Of a DNA stretch of 54,488 nucleotides, positions 7,196 through 15,987 are shown piece by piece. Numbering within the stretch: the stretch's first letter is position 1; each line of letters starts with the position of its first letter. A program made the position numbers and the translations under genes. Source of the DNA: a virus (taxonomy: Duplodnaviria > Caudoviricetes); IMG/VR virus record IMGVR_UViG_3300003324_000108, positions 1 to 54,488 of that record; one strand, given 5' to 3'. The notes below the pieces were generated by a model. That model was given only the letters and a program-made list of their open reading frames with translations. It did no database searches and was not told the DNA's origin.

Positions 7196-8687
7196 CACCA
7201 CCACCCAGAACCTGCCGGACATCACCACGCTCATGGCGCAGGTGATCGCGGAGACGCAGAAGGCGGACTTCGGCGCGAAGGTCATCACCGGAGACGAGGT
7301 CGAGTTCCACGACGGAACCAAGATCGGCCTGCCGAAGGGCATGACCTACACCAAGGCGAAGAAGGTGCTCACCCGTCTGGAGGAGGAGGCAGAGACGCCG
7401 ACCCACTTCCTCCAGGACTTCCGCTACCGTCCCGACGACGGCGCGTACGCTGCGCTCCAGGTCATCAAGAAGCGCTGGGGCATGGCGCTCGGCAAGGTGC
7501 AGCACACCTTCTTCGGCACCATCCCGGCGTCGAAGCGCACGATCAACATCGGCGTGGGCCAGACGATGCAGGTTCCGTGGGGCCTGCTGGAAGTCCCGAT
7601 CTTCGAGGGGCTGGAGCTGTACCTGGACCAGGTCCGCGACCGTGACTACGGCATCATCTTCCGCATCCACGGCAAGGGCCCGCGCAAGTACCAGGACGAG
7701 ATCCAGGGCTTCTTCGATGATGTGGAGGACTACCTGCGCACCAACTCCATCTACCGCGGGCGTGCCATCGTCGGCTCCGACGACCCGGAGTTCCTCGACA
7801 CGAGCAACTTCGACGCCTCGAAGATCATCTTCTCCGACGAGGTCACGGCGACGCTGAACGGGACGCTGTTCGCGCCGATCCGCTACACCGACGCCATGCG
7901 CCGGGAGGGTGTGCCGCTCAAGCGCGCCCTGCTGCTGGAGGGCCCGTACGGTACGGGCAAGACCTCTGTCGGCCAGATGACGGCCCAGGTCGCCACCGAC
8001 AATGGCTGGACCTTCATCAGCGCCAAGCCCGGTCGCGACAAGGTCGAGGATGTGCTGCGTACCGCTCGCCTCTACCAGCCCGCCGTCGTGTTCATCGAGG
8101 ACATCGACACCGAGGCGAACAACGGCGAGGCCGACGCGGTCACGAAGCTGCTGGAGGCGTTCGACGGCATCACCAGCAAGGGCGGGGAACTCCAGATCGT
8201 CATGACGACGAACCACCTGGACCGCATCCACAAGGGCATGCTCCGCCCGGGTCGCCTCGACGCTGTCGTGCACATCGGCTCGCTCGACCGCAACGGCGTG
8301 GAGCGTCTGTGCCGCGTCGTGATCGATGAGTCGCACCTCGACGCGGATGTGGACTTCGACGCCGTCTGGGAGGCCATGGAGGGCTTCCTCCCGGCGTTCG
8401 TGAAGGAGTCCATCACCCGTGCGGTGACGTTCGCCATCGACCGCCTGGAGGGTGGCCGTGGTTACAGCATCGCGACCGCCGACCTGGTCAACGCGGCGCA
8501 CTCCCTGCGTCCGCAGCTCGACGCGCTGAACGACGCCGGGGAGGGCACGCGCAAGCCGACCCTCGATGCCGCCCTGGCCAACACGGTCAAGACGGCGCTG
8601 AACCAGATGAGCACCTACGACCCCAACTACGAGGTGCACTCGCGCATCGAGGAGCTGGACAGCGAGGGCAACGTCATCGAGAAGTGA
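7188..8687 (+). CDS. AAA+ ATPase (classical AAA clade, no protease domain)
   Basis: Walker A GPYGTGKT, Walker B VFIEDID, second region of homology TTNHLDRIHKGMLRPGRLD. Confidence 0.9.
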   Translation: MADTTTQNLPDITTLMAQVIAETQKADFGAKVITGDEVEFHDGTKIGLPKGMTYTKAKKVLTRLEEEAETPTHFLQDFRYRPDDGAYAALQVIKKRWGMALGKVQHTFFGTIPASKRTINIGVGQTMQVPWGLLEVPIFEGLELYLDQVRDRDYGIIFRIHGKGPRKYQDEIQGFFDDVEDYLRTNSIYRGRAIVGSDDPEFLDTSNFDASKIIFSDEVTATLNGTLFAPIRYTDAMRREGVPLKRALLLEGPYGTGKTSVGQMTAQVATDNGWTFISAKPGRDKVEDVLRTARLYQPAVVFIEDIDTEANNGEADAVTKLLEAFDGITSKGGELQIVMTTNHLDRIHKGMLRPGRLDAVVHIGSLDRNGVERLCRVVIDESHLDADVDFDAVWEAMEGFLPAFVKESITRAVTFAIDRLEGGRGYSIATADLVNAAHSLRPQLDALNDAGEGTRKPTLDAALANTVKTALNQMSTYDPNYEVHSRIEELDSEGNVIEK

Positions 8688-8693
8688 CAGGCC

Positions 8694-8767
8694 CCTGGCA
8701 CCCTGAACACCTGTCCCCTAGCTGGGTGAGCAGGGTGCCAGGTTCTGAGTACCTCTTTCGGGGGTAC
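8694..8767 (+). terminator. hairpin pair after ATPase gene
   Basis: CCTGGCACCCTG...CAGGGTGCCAGG (8694-8742) and GTACCTC-TTTCG-GGGGTAC (8749-8767); no strong U-tail. Confidence 0.5.
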
Positions 8768-8795
8768 GTGATCTGACGTACGGAGCCCGCAGGTT

Positions 8796-8814
8796 CTGCA
8801 CTACCGTGTAGCAT
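8796..8814 (+). promoter_or_regulatory. operator copy 4 overlapping -10 TAGCAT
   Basis: CTGCACTAC-C-GTGTAGCAT, 6 bp before ATG 8821 (possibly leaderless transcript). Confidence 0.7.
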
Positions 8815-8820
8815 GAGGAC

Positions 8821-9225
8821 ATGGATCGCAGGCCCATCACGGTCGCCGAACTGATCGAGGCGCGCATCACATTCGTGGGCTCGTGCTGGATCTGGGACGG
8901 CTATCTTCTTGATGGGCGTCCTGTGATTGCATCCTCTACCGGAACCGTAGGCGTCATTTCACTCCTGTGGACGCAGAAGAACGGCCCTGTACCTAAGGGC
9001 AAAGTTCTTATCTGCGACCACCCTCGGGCCGGGTCGGACGTGTGTGTCAATCCTGACCACTACCGACCCGGCCTGGGGAATCCGGGCGGCCCCAATGTGT
9101 GCCGCTTCGGGCACGATCTCTCTGACGAGGTCAACGTCTGGTACTCGGGTGGTAAGCGCTACTGCCTGCTGTGCATGACGAGACGGAAGGTAGGAAGTCC
9201 AAGACCCCGTCCCGAAAGGAAGTAG
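8821..9225 (+). CDS. HNH/His-Me endonuclease-like Zn-binding protein
   Basis: CWIWDG, GPVPKG, CVNPDH, CRFGH, CLLC. Confidence 0.7.
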   Translation: MDRRPITVAELIEARITFVGSCWIWDGYLLDGRPVIASSTGTVGVISLLWTQKNGPVPKGKVLICDHPRAGSDVCVNPDHYRPGLGNPGGPNVCRFGHDLSDEVNVWYSGGKRYCLLCMTRRKVGSPRPRPERK

Positions 9226-9226
9226 C

Positions 9227-9538
9227 ATGCCTGGTCTGCCCATCCACTCCCTCTGGATCGACCCGTATTTGCGGGCCGCCCTCAGGGAGTACGCATACAA
9301 CAAGCGCACTTCCATGTCGGATGTTGTCCGTGCCGTCTTCCGGGACATCGTCCGAAACCCCAACAATGAAAGCGTTCTGGCACCCGATGGTGCCACCGCA
9401 ACGTTCCGCCTGTCCGTGAAGATGGAGGACGAGCTGTGGGATGAGGCACGCGAGGCCGCTCGTGGTGCCGGTCACAGCCTCAACAGTCTCGTCCGCCGTC
9501 GCCTGCGGAAGGTCATGATCGAAGAAGGATTGCTATGA
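9227..9538 (+). CDS. tandem ribbon-helix-helix DNA-binding protein
   Basis: two RHH-like units: HSLWIDPYLRAALREYAY...SMSDVVRAVF and LSVKMEDELWDEAREAAR...SLNSLVRRRL. Confidence 0.8.
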   Translation: MPGLPIHSLWIDPYLRAALREYAYNKRTSMSDVVRAVFRDIVRNPNNESVLAPDGATATFRLSVKMEDELWDEAREAARGAGHSLNSLVRRRLRKVMIEEGLL

Positions 9539-9804
9539 CCAACGTCAACCCCGTGTCCAAGTCCGAGGATCTCCGCGAGAGTGCCGAGCGACTGGTTCTC
9601 TCCATCGAAAACGAGGTGTCGGCCTTCGAAGGATACGACCGCGTCCATACCCTGGGTGTCATCGCCGACCTCAAGCAGCGAGCGCTGGAGCTGGAGCAGC
9701 AGGAGATCGCCAACCTCCTGCGCGTGGTCGAGTCCGAGGTGTTCCCCAACGAGATCCGCGTCGAGGCTGCCCGCATCGTGCAGAAGGTTCTGGAGCTGGG
9801 CTGA
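9535..9804 (+). CDS. hypothetical protein
   Basis: ATGA coupling. Confidence 0.75.
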   Translation: MTNVNPVSKSEDLRESAERLVLSIENEVSAFEGYDRVHTLGVIADLKQRALELEQQEIANLLRVVESEVFPNEIRVEAARIVQKVLELG

Positions 9805-9805
9805 C

Positions 9806-10045
9806 ATGGCTACCTTCATGGCAACGTTCGGGGTGCAGTACAAGACCGTGCCGCACCCCAGTGGCCTGGACGCTAACCCGGACGGGTATGTGCGCATCGA
9901 GGCTCCGAACTACGACCTCGCCGTCGAGGCGATGCAGGCCGTCTACGGGGTCGAGTACGCGTTCATCTATCGGGAGGAAGATTTCGCGTACGAATACCAC
10001 CCGGACGGCGTCATCAACGAGATCAGTGTGATGGGGAGCGCGTGA
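9806..10045 (+). CDS. hypothetical protein
   Basis: 3' part of ORF 9581..10045. Confidence 0.7.
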   Translation: MATFMATFGVQYKTVPHPSGLDANPDGYVRIEAPNYDLAVEAMQAVYGVEYAFIYREEDFAYEYHPDGVINEISVMGSA

Positions 10046-10206
10046 TGGCAGGCGACAACAGGAAAATCGCTGAGGATATCATCGACTCAGCCGAGCTAAT
10101 GAGTGCCGAGGGGTTGCGTGCGGAGGTTATTGCCCGAGCGATCCTCGACGTTGCCGATGCAATCCGGGAATCAGCGCGTGCGCAGATGACAATGAGGGGC
10201 TTGTGA
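10045..10206 (+). CDS. small hypothetical protein (53 aa, not in ORF track)
   Basis: TGATG and GTGA coupling on both sides; MAGDNRKIAEDIID... Confidence 0.65.
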   Translation: MAGDNRKIAEDIIDSAELMSAEGLRAEVIARAILDVADAIRESARAQMTMRGL

Positions 10207-10871
10207 CAGGAATCCTTTTCGATGATGAGCTGACCACCATCATCCATGGCAAATGGCAGGACCACCTCGACATCATCGCCGAAGCTAACGTGCTCATAAC
10301 CGATCCTCCATATGGGATGCAGTACGTGAGCAACTCGTCCAAGCTTGGGCCGACCGCACCCGTGCGAGGAGACCAGGACACGGACGAGCGTGATGGCCTG
10401 CTGGAGGAGTGGTACGCGCAGGGCAACCGGCCCGCCATTGTGTTCGGCACCTGGCGAGTCCCCCGTCCCGCGTTCCCCGTCCGTCAGCTTCTCGTGTGGC
10501 ACAAGGGCGACAGCCCCGGCATGGGAGACCTGACCCTGCCGTGGGGCCCCAGCCACGAAGAGATCTACGTGATGGGTGGCCTGGGTCCGGAGCATTGGAC
10601 GGGCAAGCGCGGCCCGAGTGTGATCCGTTCGCGGGTGTCCGAGGGCAACGCGAAGGGTGAGCGCGACAGGCACGGGCACCCCACCCCGAAACCTGTTCTG
10701 CTCATGCAGGACATCATCAGCCACACCACGGGGAGCCTGATCCTTGACCCGTTCCTGGGATCTGGGACCACGTGTGTGGCAGCAAGGCTTCTCGGTCGCC
10801 GTAGCGTCGGCATCGAGATGGATCGCGGCTACGCGGAAGCTGCGGTCGAGCGCGTGAAGCGGATTTCATAA
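10203..10871 (+). CDS. DNA methyltransferase, N6-A/N4-C beta class
   Basis: DPPY motif before HPTPKP and DPFLGSGTT. Confidence 0.92.
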   Translation: MTGILFDDELTTIIHGKWQDHLDIIAEANVLITDPPYGMQYVSNSSKLGPTAPVRGDQDTDERDGLLEEWYAQGNRPAIVFGTWRVPRPAFPVRQLLVWHKGDSPGMGDLTLPWGPSHEEIYVMGGLGPEHWTGKRGPSVIRSRVSEGNAKGERDRHGHPTPKPVLLMQDIISHTTGSLILDPFLGSGTTCVAARLLGRRSVGIEMDRGYAEAAVERVKRIS

Positions 10872-10891
10872 CCCCGCGGAACCGCAACAGG

Positions 10892-10926
10892 GAACCCCCG
10901 GTCATGGCATAGGCCGGGGGTTCTTC
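10892..10926 (+). terminator. intrinsic terminator-like hairpin
   Basis: GAACCCCCGGTC/GGCCGGGGGTTC + TT. Confidence 0.65.
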
Positions 10927-10944
10927 AACCCCGAAGGAGAAAAC

Positions 10945-11322
10945 ATGTCGAAGTTTGTTGATGACGCAGCCGAGTTCATCGCCGGGGCTCAGCCCGATCA
11001 TGACTGCTCGCGGGACAGAACCTGCAAGGTGTCGCCCGCGTACTACCTGATGATGCACGAGAGGCCGGATGGAGAGACCATCATCGTCACTCACGGCGTG
11101 CACCAGATGAACGCGAAGCAGGTGATGGAACTCATGATCCAAGCTGTGGAGCAACTGTTCATCGACGCAGCGGACGGACAGATCCCCGACTTCATCGCTG
11201 TCATGGAGGCCCGACGCAGGTTCCGGGACGCTCTGGATGAAGCGTCCCTCAGCGAGGAGGGGAAATCCTCCATCGCAGAGTTCCTTTCCCGCCTCATGGA
11301 GGGTCGTGGCGAAGATGTGTGA
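10945..11322 (+). CDS. hypothetical protein
   Basis: RBS GAAGGAG. Confidence 0.8.
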   Translation: MSKFVDDAAEFIAGAQPDHDCSRDRTCKVSPAYYLMMHERPDGETIIVTHGVHQMNAKQVMELMIQAVEQLFIDAADGQIPDFIAVMEARRRFRDALDEASLSEEGKSSIAEFLSRLMEGRGEDV

Positions 11323-11701
11323 GGCGCGGCATGGGTCGGCAACCATCACGTTCAGCTATGACGTGTGTGCAGAGCATGATGCAGTCAGGTTCACGGGTGG
11401 AACCATGGAGGTCATCGGCGTCGGCCCCGTGGATGTCGTGGACGGAATGCTCTCGTATTGCGAATACCTGATCTCGAACATGATCGAGGGGCGCGAAGAC
11501 ATTTCCGAACTGCTTTCCTCGACATTCCCTTCCGCCGTGAAGAAGAGCAATGGGGACTGGTCTTTCAATGACGAGGACAAGCATTTCCTCCTCAATCTAC
11601 TGGCGCATAATCTCCTGATGCGCCAGGTTGTCAGCCGTGAATACCCGAGGGGTGGCAAGGGAGCAATCCTGGATATGACCCCCCGCGATGACCACGGCTG
11701 A
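11315..11701 (+). CDS. hypothetical protein
   Basis: 3' part of ORF 11237..11701. Confidence 0.7.
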   Translation: MCEARHGSATITFSYDVCAEHDAVRFTGGTMEVIGVGPVDVVDGMLSYCEYLISNMIEGREDISELLSSTFPSAVKKSNGDWSFNDEDKHFLLNLLAHNLLMRQVVSREYPRGGKGAILDMTPRDDHG

Positions 11702-11721
11702 TCTTCGGGGATGAAGAGAAA

Positions 11722-11759
11722 GCCCCCCGGGTGTGTCTAGGTCAGCATGCCCGGGGGGC
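11722..11759. terminator. GC-rich hairpin
   Basis: GCCCCCCGGG...CCCGGGGGGC. Confidence 0.55.
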
Positions 11760-11786
11760 GAGTTGAAATCACAAGGGAGTGGAGTC

Positions 11787-12044
11787 ATGACTATTTCGGA
11801 AAGCAGTTCCACACCATCCGGGTGGTATCCGCACCCGGAGGGAAAGCCCGCTGTCATGTGGTGGGACGGGAATGCTTGGGACGTTTCCCGGCAGCGCTGG
11901 TTTGGTGCTGTTGTGGAGCCTCAGCAGACCGTGATCGTGAACCAGCGGAAACAGGTGAACCATGCTTTGCACCTGATCCTCACGTTGCTGACGTGTGGGT
12001 TGTGGCTGCCGGTGTGGATCATCGTCGCCATTGCAAAAAGCTAG
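11787..12044 (+). CDS. DUF2510-like small membrane protein
   Basis: PSGWYPHPEG...WWDGNAW and NHALHLILTLLTCGLWLPVWI. Confidence 0.75.
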   Translation: MTISESSSTPSGWYPHPEGKPAVMWWDGNAWDVSRQRWFGAVVEPQQTVIVNQRKQVNHALHLILTLLTCGLWLPVWIIVAIAKS

Positions 12045-12052
12045 GAGGAGAA

Positions 12053-12325
12053 ATGTCAGAGAAGGCTGCGAAGTATCTGACGAAGGAGATCGCGAAGCGC
12101 ACACCGAAGGTGGAGGAGAACACCATCGTGCGTTTCAAATCGCGTGGCCGCAACGGGATCGACTACACCTACGCCGCCCTGTGGGTGGCCGGGTTCTGGT
12201 GGATCACGGGCGTCGCGAACTACTTCGGCGGCACGAAGCTGACGAATGAGCGCTTCCTGGAGATCGTGTCCGATGGGACGATCTTCGGCATCGAGGTGGC
12301 CGACAGCTTCGTCATCGTCAAGTAG
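12053..12325 (+). CDS. hypothetical protein (paralog of 5278..5595)
   Basis: RBS AGGAGG; NTIVRF...YTYAAL...WWITG. Confidence 0.8.
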   Translation: MSEKAAKYLTKEIAKRTPKVEENTIVRFKSRGRNGIDYTYAALWVAGFWWITGVANYFGGTKLTNERFLEIVSDGTIFGIEVADSFVIVK

Positions 12326-12333
12326 GCAAAGAA

Positions 12334-12374
12334 CTAGCCGCCTGGTCTTCCAAGAGATGGAACCAGGCGGCTAG
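12334..12374. terminator. hairpin before replication genes
   Basis: CTAGCCGCCTGGT/ACCAGGCGGCTAG perfect 13-bp stem. Confidence 0.6.
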
Positions 12375-12450
12375 GCTGATGTTTGTTCACGACACCACGG
12401 TGACAGCATACCTGTCGCGTGGTGTCGTAGCGCAACCCGCGAAGGAAAAC

Positions 12451-13218
12451 ATGAGCGTCAAGGTCATCACCTGGGCTTTCGATCAGGACCTTCCCCCCGT
12501 GAAGAAGTTCATCCTGGTAGCCCTCGCAGACTGGGCCGATGGGGATGGTGTCGCCTTCCCCGGCCAGCTGTCTCTGGCATCTAAGACTGGCATCTCGGAG
12601 CGAACCCTGCGCACCCACCTCAAGGAGCTGGAGGAAGCAGGCTTCCTCACACGAGCGAAGCGGTACACGGAGGGTGGCAAGCGGACCTCTGACGAGTACC
12701 GGCTATCGCTACTACCGGCAAATATTGCCGGTAGTTCTACCGGCAATCTGCGTCGTGACTACCGGCAAACTGTTGCCGGTACAGAAGCTATAAGGAAGGA
12801 ACCGTCAGAAGAACCGTCAGTAGTTAACGCGCGCGTGAGGACGAAGGACTTCGACGCTCTCCTGGATCGGTACTTCGAGGGGTTCTGGAAGAACTACCCC
12901 CGCAAGGTTGGCAAGGTCGCTGCGAAGGCTGCGTACATGGCGGCGATCAAGCGCAAGGTCAGCCCGTTCGTCATCGCGGAGGGGCTGGACAGACAGTTGC
13001 CTGACCTGTCCTCGCGGGAGGAGCGGTACATCCCGCACCCGGCTACGTGGCTGAACGGCGAACGCTACAACGACGATGTTGCGACCGGTCAGTCCGTCGT
13101 GAACACCGCGAACCGTACGAACCCCCACAGCGTCCGGGACAAGATGCCGATGGACAGGGCCAGGGAGATCATGAACATTCAACCCCTCACTGAAAGGCGA
13201 CACGATGAACTTCGATGA
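12451..13218 (+). CDS. phage replication initiator (N-terminal winged HTH)
   Basis: KFILVALADWAD...FPGQLSLASKTGISERTLRTHLKELEEAG; C-terminal FWKNYPRKVGK and YIPHPATWLNGERY. Confidence 0.85.
   Translation: MSVKVITWAFDQDLPPVKKFILVALADWADGDGVAFPGQLSLASKTGISERTLRTHLKELEEAGFLTRAKRYTEGGKRTSDEYRLSLLPANIAGSSTGNLRRDYRQTVAGTEAIRKEPSEEPSVVNARVRTKDFDALLDRYFEGFWKNYPRKVGKVAAKAAYMAAIKRKVSPFVIAEGLDRQLPDLSSREERYIPHPATWLNGERYNDDVATGQSVVNTANRTNPHSVRDKMPMDRAREIMNIQPLTERRHDELR
12696..12820. repeat. iteron cluster, probable replication origin inside initiator gene
   Basis: (A)CTACCGGCAA at 12711, 12737, 12758; inverted TTGCCGGTA at 12725, 12773; GAACCGTCAG twice (12799, 12811). Confidence 0.8.
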
Positions 13219-13630
13219 GACGAAGAAGCTTCTGATGCGGGTCAACGTCCATGACAACCGCAAGGTGGATGGCCTGGTTGTCGAACACTGGGCGGATATC
13301 CTTCGCGACTACACCGAGAAGGAGTGCATGGCTGCGTTGCGGTGGTTCATCATGACGAACACCGAGGACTACCTCAAGCCTGCTCACCTCGTGCAGTACA
13401 TGAACCAGCGTCGCCGTGAGCATGCCTGGGCGAATCCGGCGATGGAGGCGGGGAAGTATTTCCTCGACGGTTGGGTGGACCAGGACGAGGCGATCCAGCG
13501 TGCGTCCGAGGAGAACCGCAGGCTGCGGGGTGGCAAGCCCACCGCCGTCGATGTCGCCGAGTCGTACACCAAGGAAGAACTCGAAGAGTTCAAGGGCATG
13601 ATGATCCCCCCGCCCGAGGGGTTGGGCTGA
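13205..13630 (+). CDS. probable helicase loader/inhibitor (G39P-like)
   Basis: follows initiator; ETKKLL...DNRKVD...WADILRDY...YLKPAHL. Confidence 0.6.
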   Translation: MNFDETKKLLMRVNVHDNRKVDGLVVEHWADILRDYTEKECMAALRWFIMTNTEDYLKPAHLVQYMNQRRREHAWANPAMEAGKYFLDGWVDQDEAIQRASEENRRLRGGKPTAVDVAESYTKEELEEFKGMMIPPPEGLG

Positions 13631-13750
13631 GACACCACCCCTGCGTCACGCCAGGGGGGCTACGAGCGCCGATCACACCCCACCTGGCCCAACTACACCA
13701 GCCCGCAATTTCTAGGCCGTTAGCAAGCCCTTACCCGAAAGGTCACTGTC

Positions 13751-14230
13751 ATGGGTAGTTCTCTCCTTAGCCTGTCCAACGCGTGGAAGATCGCACTCTC
13801 CCATCCCTCGCGGAGGATCCGAGTGTTCCGCCGCCTGGAAATCTGGTTCTACATCTTCATGACAACGACGGAACTCGGTCTGGCCGTGCAGGCATTCGTC
13901 GCTGGCGATGGCCTCCGCGGCTTCACTGACATCACATACGCGGTTGTCATCGCTTGCATCGGGATCACGTTCCTGCACATCTGGGCTCGCGACGTCATCG
14001 CGCAGGATCTTGCGAAAGCCATATTGGGATTCGAAGCCGTGGACAGCAGCGGTAAGACCGTAGGCACGGGGCAGATCGTCAACGTCGTCCCGTCCGAGGA
14101 AGCCACAGACCCGAACACGTACGCGATGATGCGGGCACTGGAAACTGGGAAGCCCATACACATCGAAGTGCGCGACGGAGTCTGGTACGAGAACGGGAAG
14201 CCGATCCCGCACGTGAAGGGCAACGAGTGA
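13751..14230 (+). CDS. membrane protein
   Basis: two hydrophobic segments; RBS GAAAGG. Confidence 0.7.
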   Translation: MGSSLLSLSNAWKIALSHPSRRIRVFRRLEIWFYIFMTTTELGLAVQAFVAGDGLRGFTDITYAVVIACIGITFLHIWARDVIAQDLAKAILGFEAVDSSGKTVGTGQIVNVVPSEEATDPNTYAMMRALETGKPIHIEVRDGVWYENGKPIPHVKGNE

Positions 14231-14721
14231 TGGGAACCTGCAAGTCATGGACTAGAGAATCGTGGACCGACAGAGAGGCTACGGAGGCGTTGCGCTGCAT
14301 GCTCCCCGAAGAGCACGGGATTGTGCGGGCTTTCGACCTGCACGGACACATCGCCCGTGATTCACGTGGTCAGCTGTGGACCTGGGACAGTGGTGGGCTG
14401 CCCCGCCGCCTCGTGGTCCAGGAGGATCCATCCGACGAGCGGGAAGCGCTGCAAGCTGAGCTGGCCGCGTGGCAGCGACACACAGGTGACACCGCGCTTT
14501 CCAACCTGCTCAGGCGAGCAGCATCCGCTCTGGCGGCCATTACCGCGGAGAAGGAGAGATGGCGAATCCGATGCGCCGAGAAGACGATCGCGGGGGCTGA
14601 CGAAGTGGCCGCACATCACCGCACCGTGCAGGGTGAGCCGTGCGATTGCATGGACCAGTACTGCCCGAAGGACCACGATTACCAGGCCCAGGTCGAGGCA
14701 GGTCGCGCAGGAGAGGAATGA
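14227..14721 (+). CDS. hypothetical protein
   Basis: coupled ORF. Confidence 0.7.
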   Translation: MMGTCKSWTRESWTDREATEALRCMLPEEHGIVRAFDLHGHIARDSRGQLWTWDSGGLPRRLVVQEDPSDEREALQAELAAWQRHTGDTALSNLLRRAASALAAITAEKERWRIRCAEKTIAGADEVAAHHRTVQGEPCDCMDQYCPKDHDYQAQVEAGRAGEE

Positions 14722-15002
14722 CTGTGGCATTAGTGGTTGATCTAGGAATCACTGCCGTAGCAGGTGGTGTGAAACGCATTGAAGTTCTGGAGATTCGACG
14801 CCTCGAAATGCTCCAGGATCGCAGCCAGCCATTCGATGAAGTCCACACATACCGGGTAAGGCGATACAGCAAAGAGCAGGGGAACCCTGTTCAGGATGGG
14901 CTCACCTATCTGGATGAAAAAGAAATTGAGCACAGATACGGTGACGGCGCGTGGGTGCTCGTGCGCAAAGCAATGGACGCTCTCGGATTGGGAGAACAAT
15001 GA
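14718..15002 (+). CDS. hypothetical protein
   Basis: ATGA coupling; IEHRYGDGAWVLVRKAM. Confidence 0.7.
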   Translation: MTVALVVDLGITAVAGGVKRIEVLEIRRLEMLQDRSQPFDEVHTYRVRRYSKEQGNPVQDGLTYLDEKEIEHRYGDGAWVLVRKAMDALGLGEQ

Positions 15003-15190
15003 CGTACTCGGAACAGACAATGCAAGCCATGAACAAGGCGCTCGGAAATGCGCCGAAGCCCCAGAGCTTTTGGGAGGAGATCGATGCAAACCTCCCGGCA
15101 CCCCTCGAAGAGTTCCGCATCGAGGACACGTGCTGCGGGAAATGTCCCATCGGAACCACCTGCTATGTAGATGAAGTGACAGGAGCCTGA
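14999..15190 (+). CDS. small Cys-rich protein
   Basis: ATGA coupling; DTCCGKCPIGTTCYVD. Confidence 0.65.
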   Translation: MTYSEQTMQAMNKALGNAPKPQSFWEEIDANLPAPLEEFRIEDTCCGKCPIGTTCYVDEVTGA

Positions 15191-15191
15191 C

Positions 15192-15416
15192 ATGTATGAC
15201 GACGATGATGACGACGACAAGGAAGTAACCGTCAAGCTCACATTGACGGTGGACGAATGGGCGCGGATCAGTGCACTCATCAAGACGGCAATCATCGTCA
15301 GCGAGAACGGGGCCAGGAACAACGGGGTCCCCATGCCGGACGTGATCGCCGACATGTGCCGCACGGGTGAATGGTTCATCTTCCGGGTCGGCGTCGAGAT
15401 CGATAAGCAGTCATGA
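15192..15416 (+). CDS. hypothetical protein with poly-Asp N-terminus
   Basis: RBS AGGAG. Confidence 0.7.
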   Translation: MYDDDDDDDKEVTVKLTLTVDEWARISALIKTAIIVSENGARNNGVPMPDVIADMCRTGEWFIFRVGVEIDKQS

Positions 15417-15619
15417 AGAAGAAGCTGGCCGCGATTGCATTGCTCGCGCTCGTCCTCACCGGGTGTGGGTACAAGGCGGCGGAGAACGCGAACTACGACA
15501 AGGGCTCGTTCTACGAACAGAACGTGGAGCTGAATGATGGCCGTTCAGTGCACTGTCTGTTCTGGGCTTCCGACAGCGACCTGGGCGGCATGTCGTGCGA
15601 CTGGGGGAGCGCAGGATGA
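15413..15619 (+). CDS. small lipoprotein
   Basis: MKKKLAAIALLALVLTG-C lipobox. Confidence 0.8.
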   Translation: MKKKLAAIALLALVLTGCGYKAAENANYDKGSFYEQNVELNDGRSVHCLFWASDSDLGGMSCDWGSAG

Positions 15620-15987
15620 AGTACTACGACAAGCAGGGCCGCGAGATCGACATGATGGAATGGGGTCGCCTGCACTCTGCCCCATACAAGCGCGTCGCTG
15701 AAACCACGCTGGAAGACGGCACATGGATCTCCACCGTGTGGCTCGGGATCGATCACCGGCTCGGCGGCGACGGCCCGCCGCTCATTTTCGAGACCATGGT
15801 GTTCGCCAGCAAGGATGACCTTTCTGAGAAGGACATGGCACGCTACTCCACAGAGGCGGAGGCCCTGGCTGGTCACGCCGAGATGGTGAACATCTGGTCG
15901 CTGGATCTTGCCGCGGAGTCCACCGACAACCCTGAACTACAGCGCCACATCAAGCAGGAAGAACTCGCGAGGGACGAAGAAGAATGA
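15616..15987 (+). CDS. hypothetical protein (ISTVWLGIDH...PLIFETMVF)
   Basis: ATGA coupling. Confidence 0.75.
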   Translation: MKYYDKQGREIDMMEWGRLHSAPYKRVAETTLEDGTWISTVWLGIDHRLGGDGPPLIFETMVFASKDDLSEKDMARYSTEAEALAGHAEMVNIWSLDLAAESTDNPELQRHIKQEELARDEEE

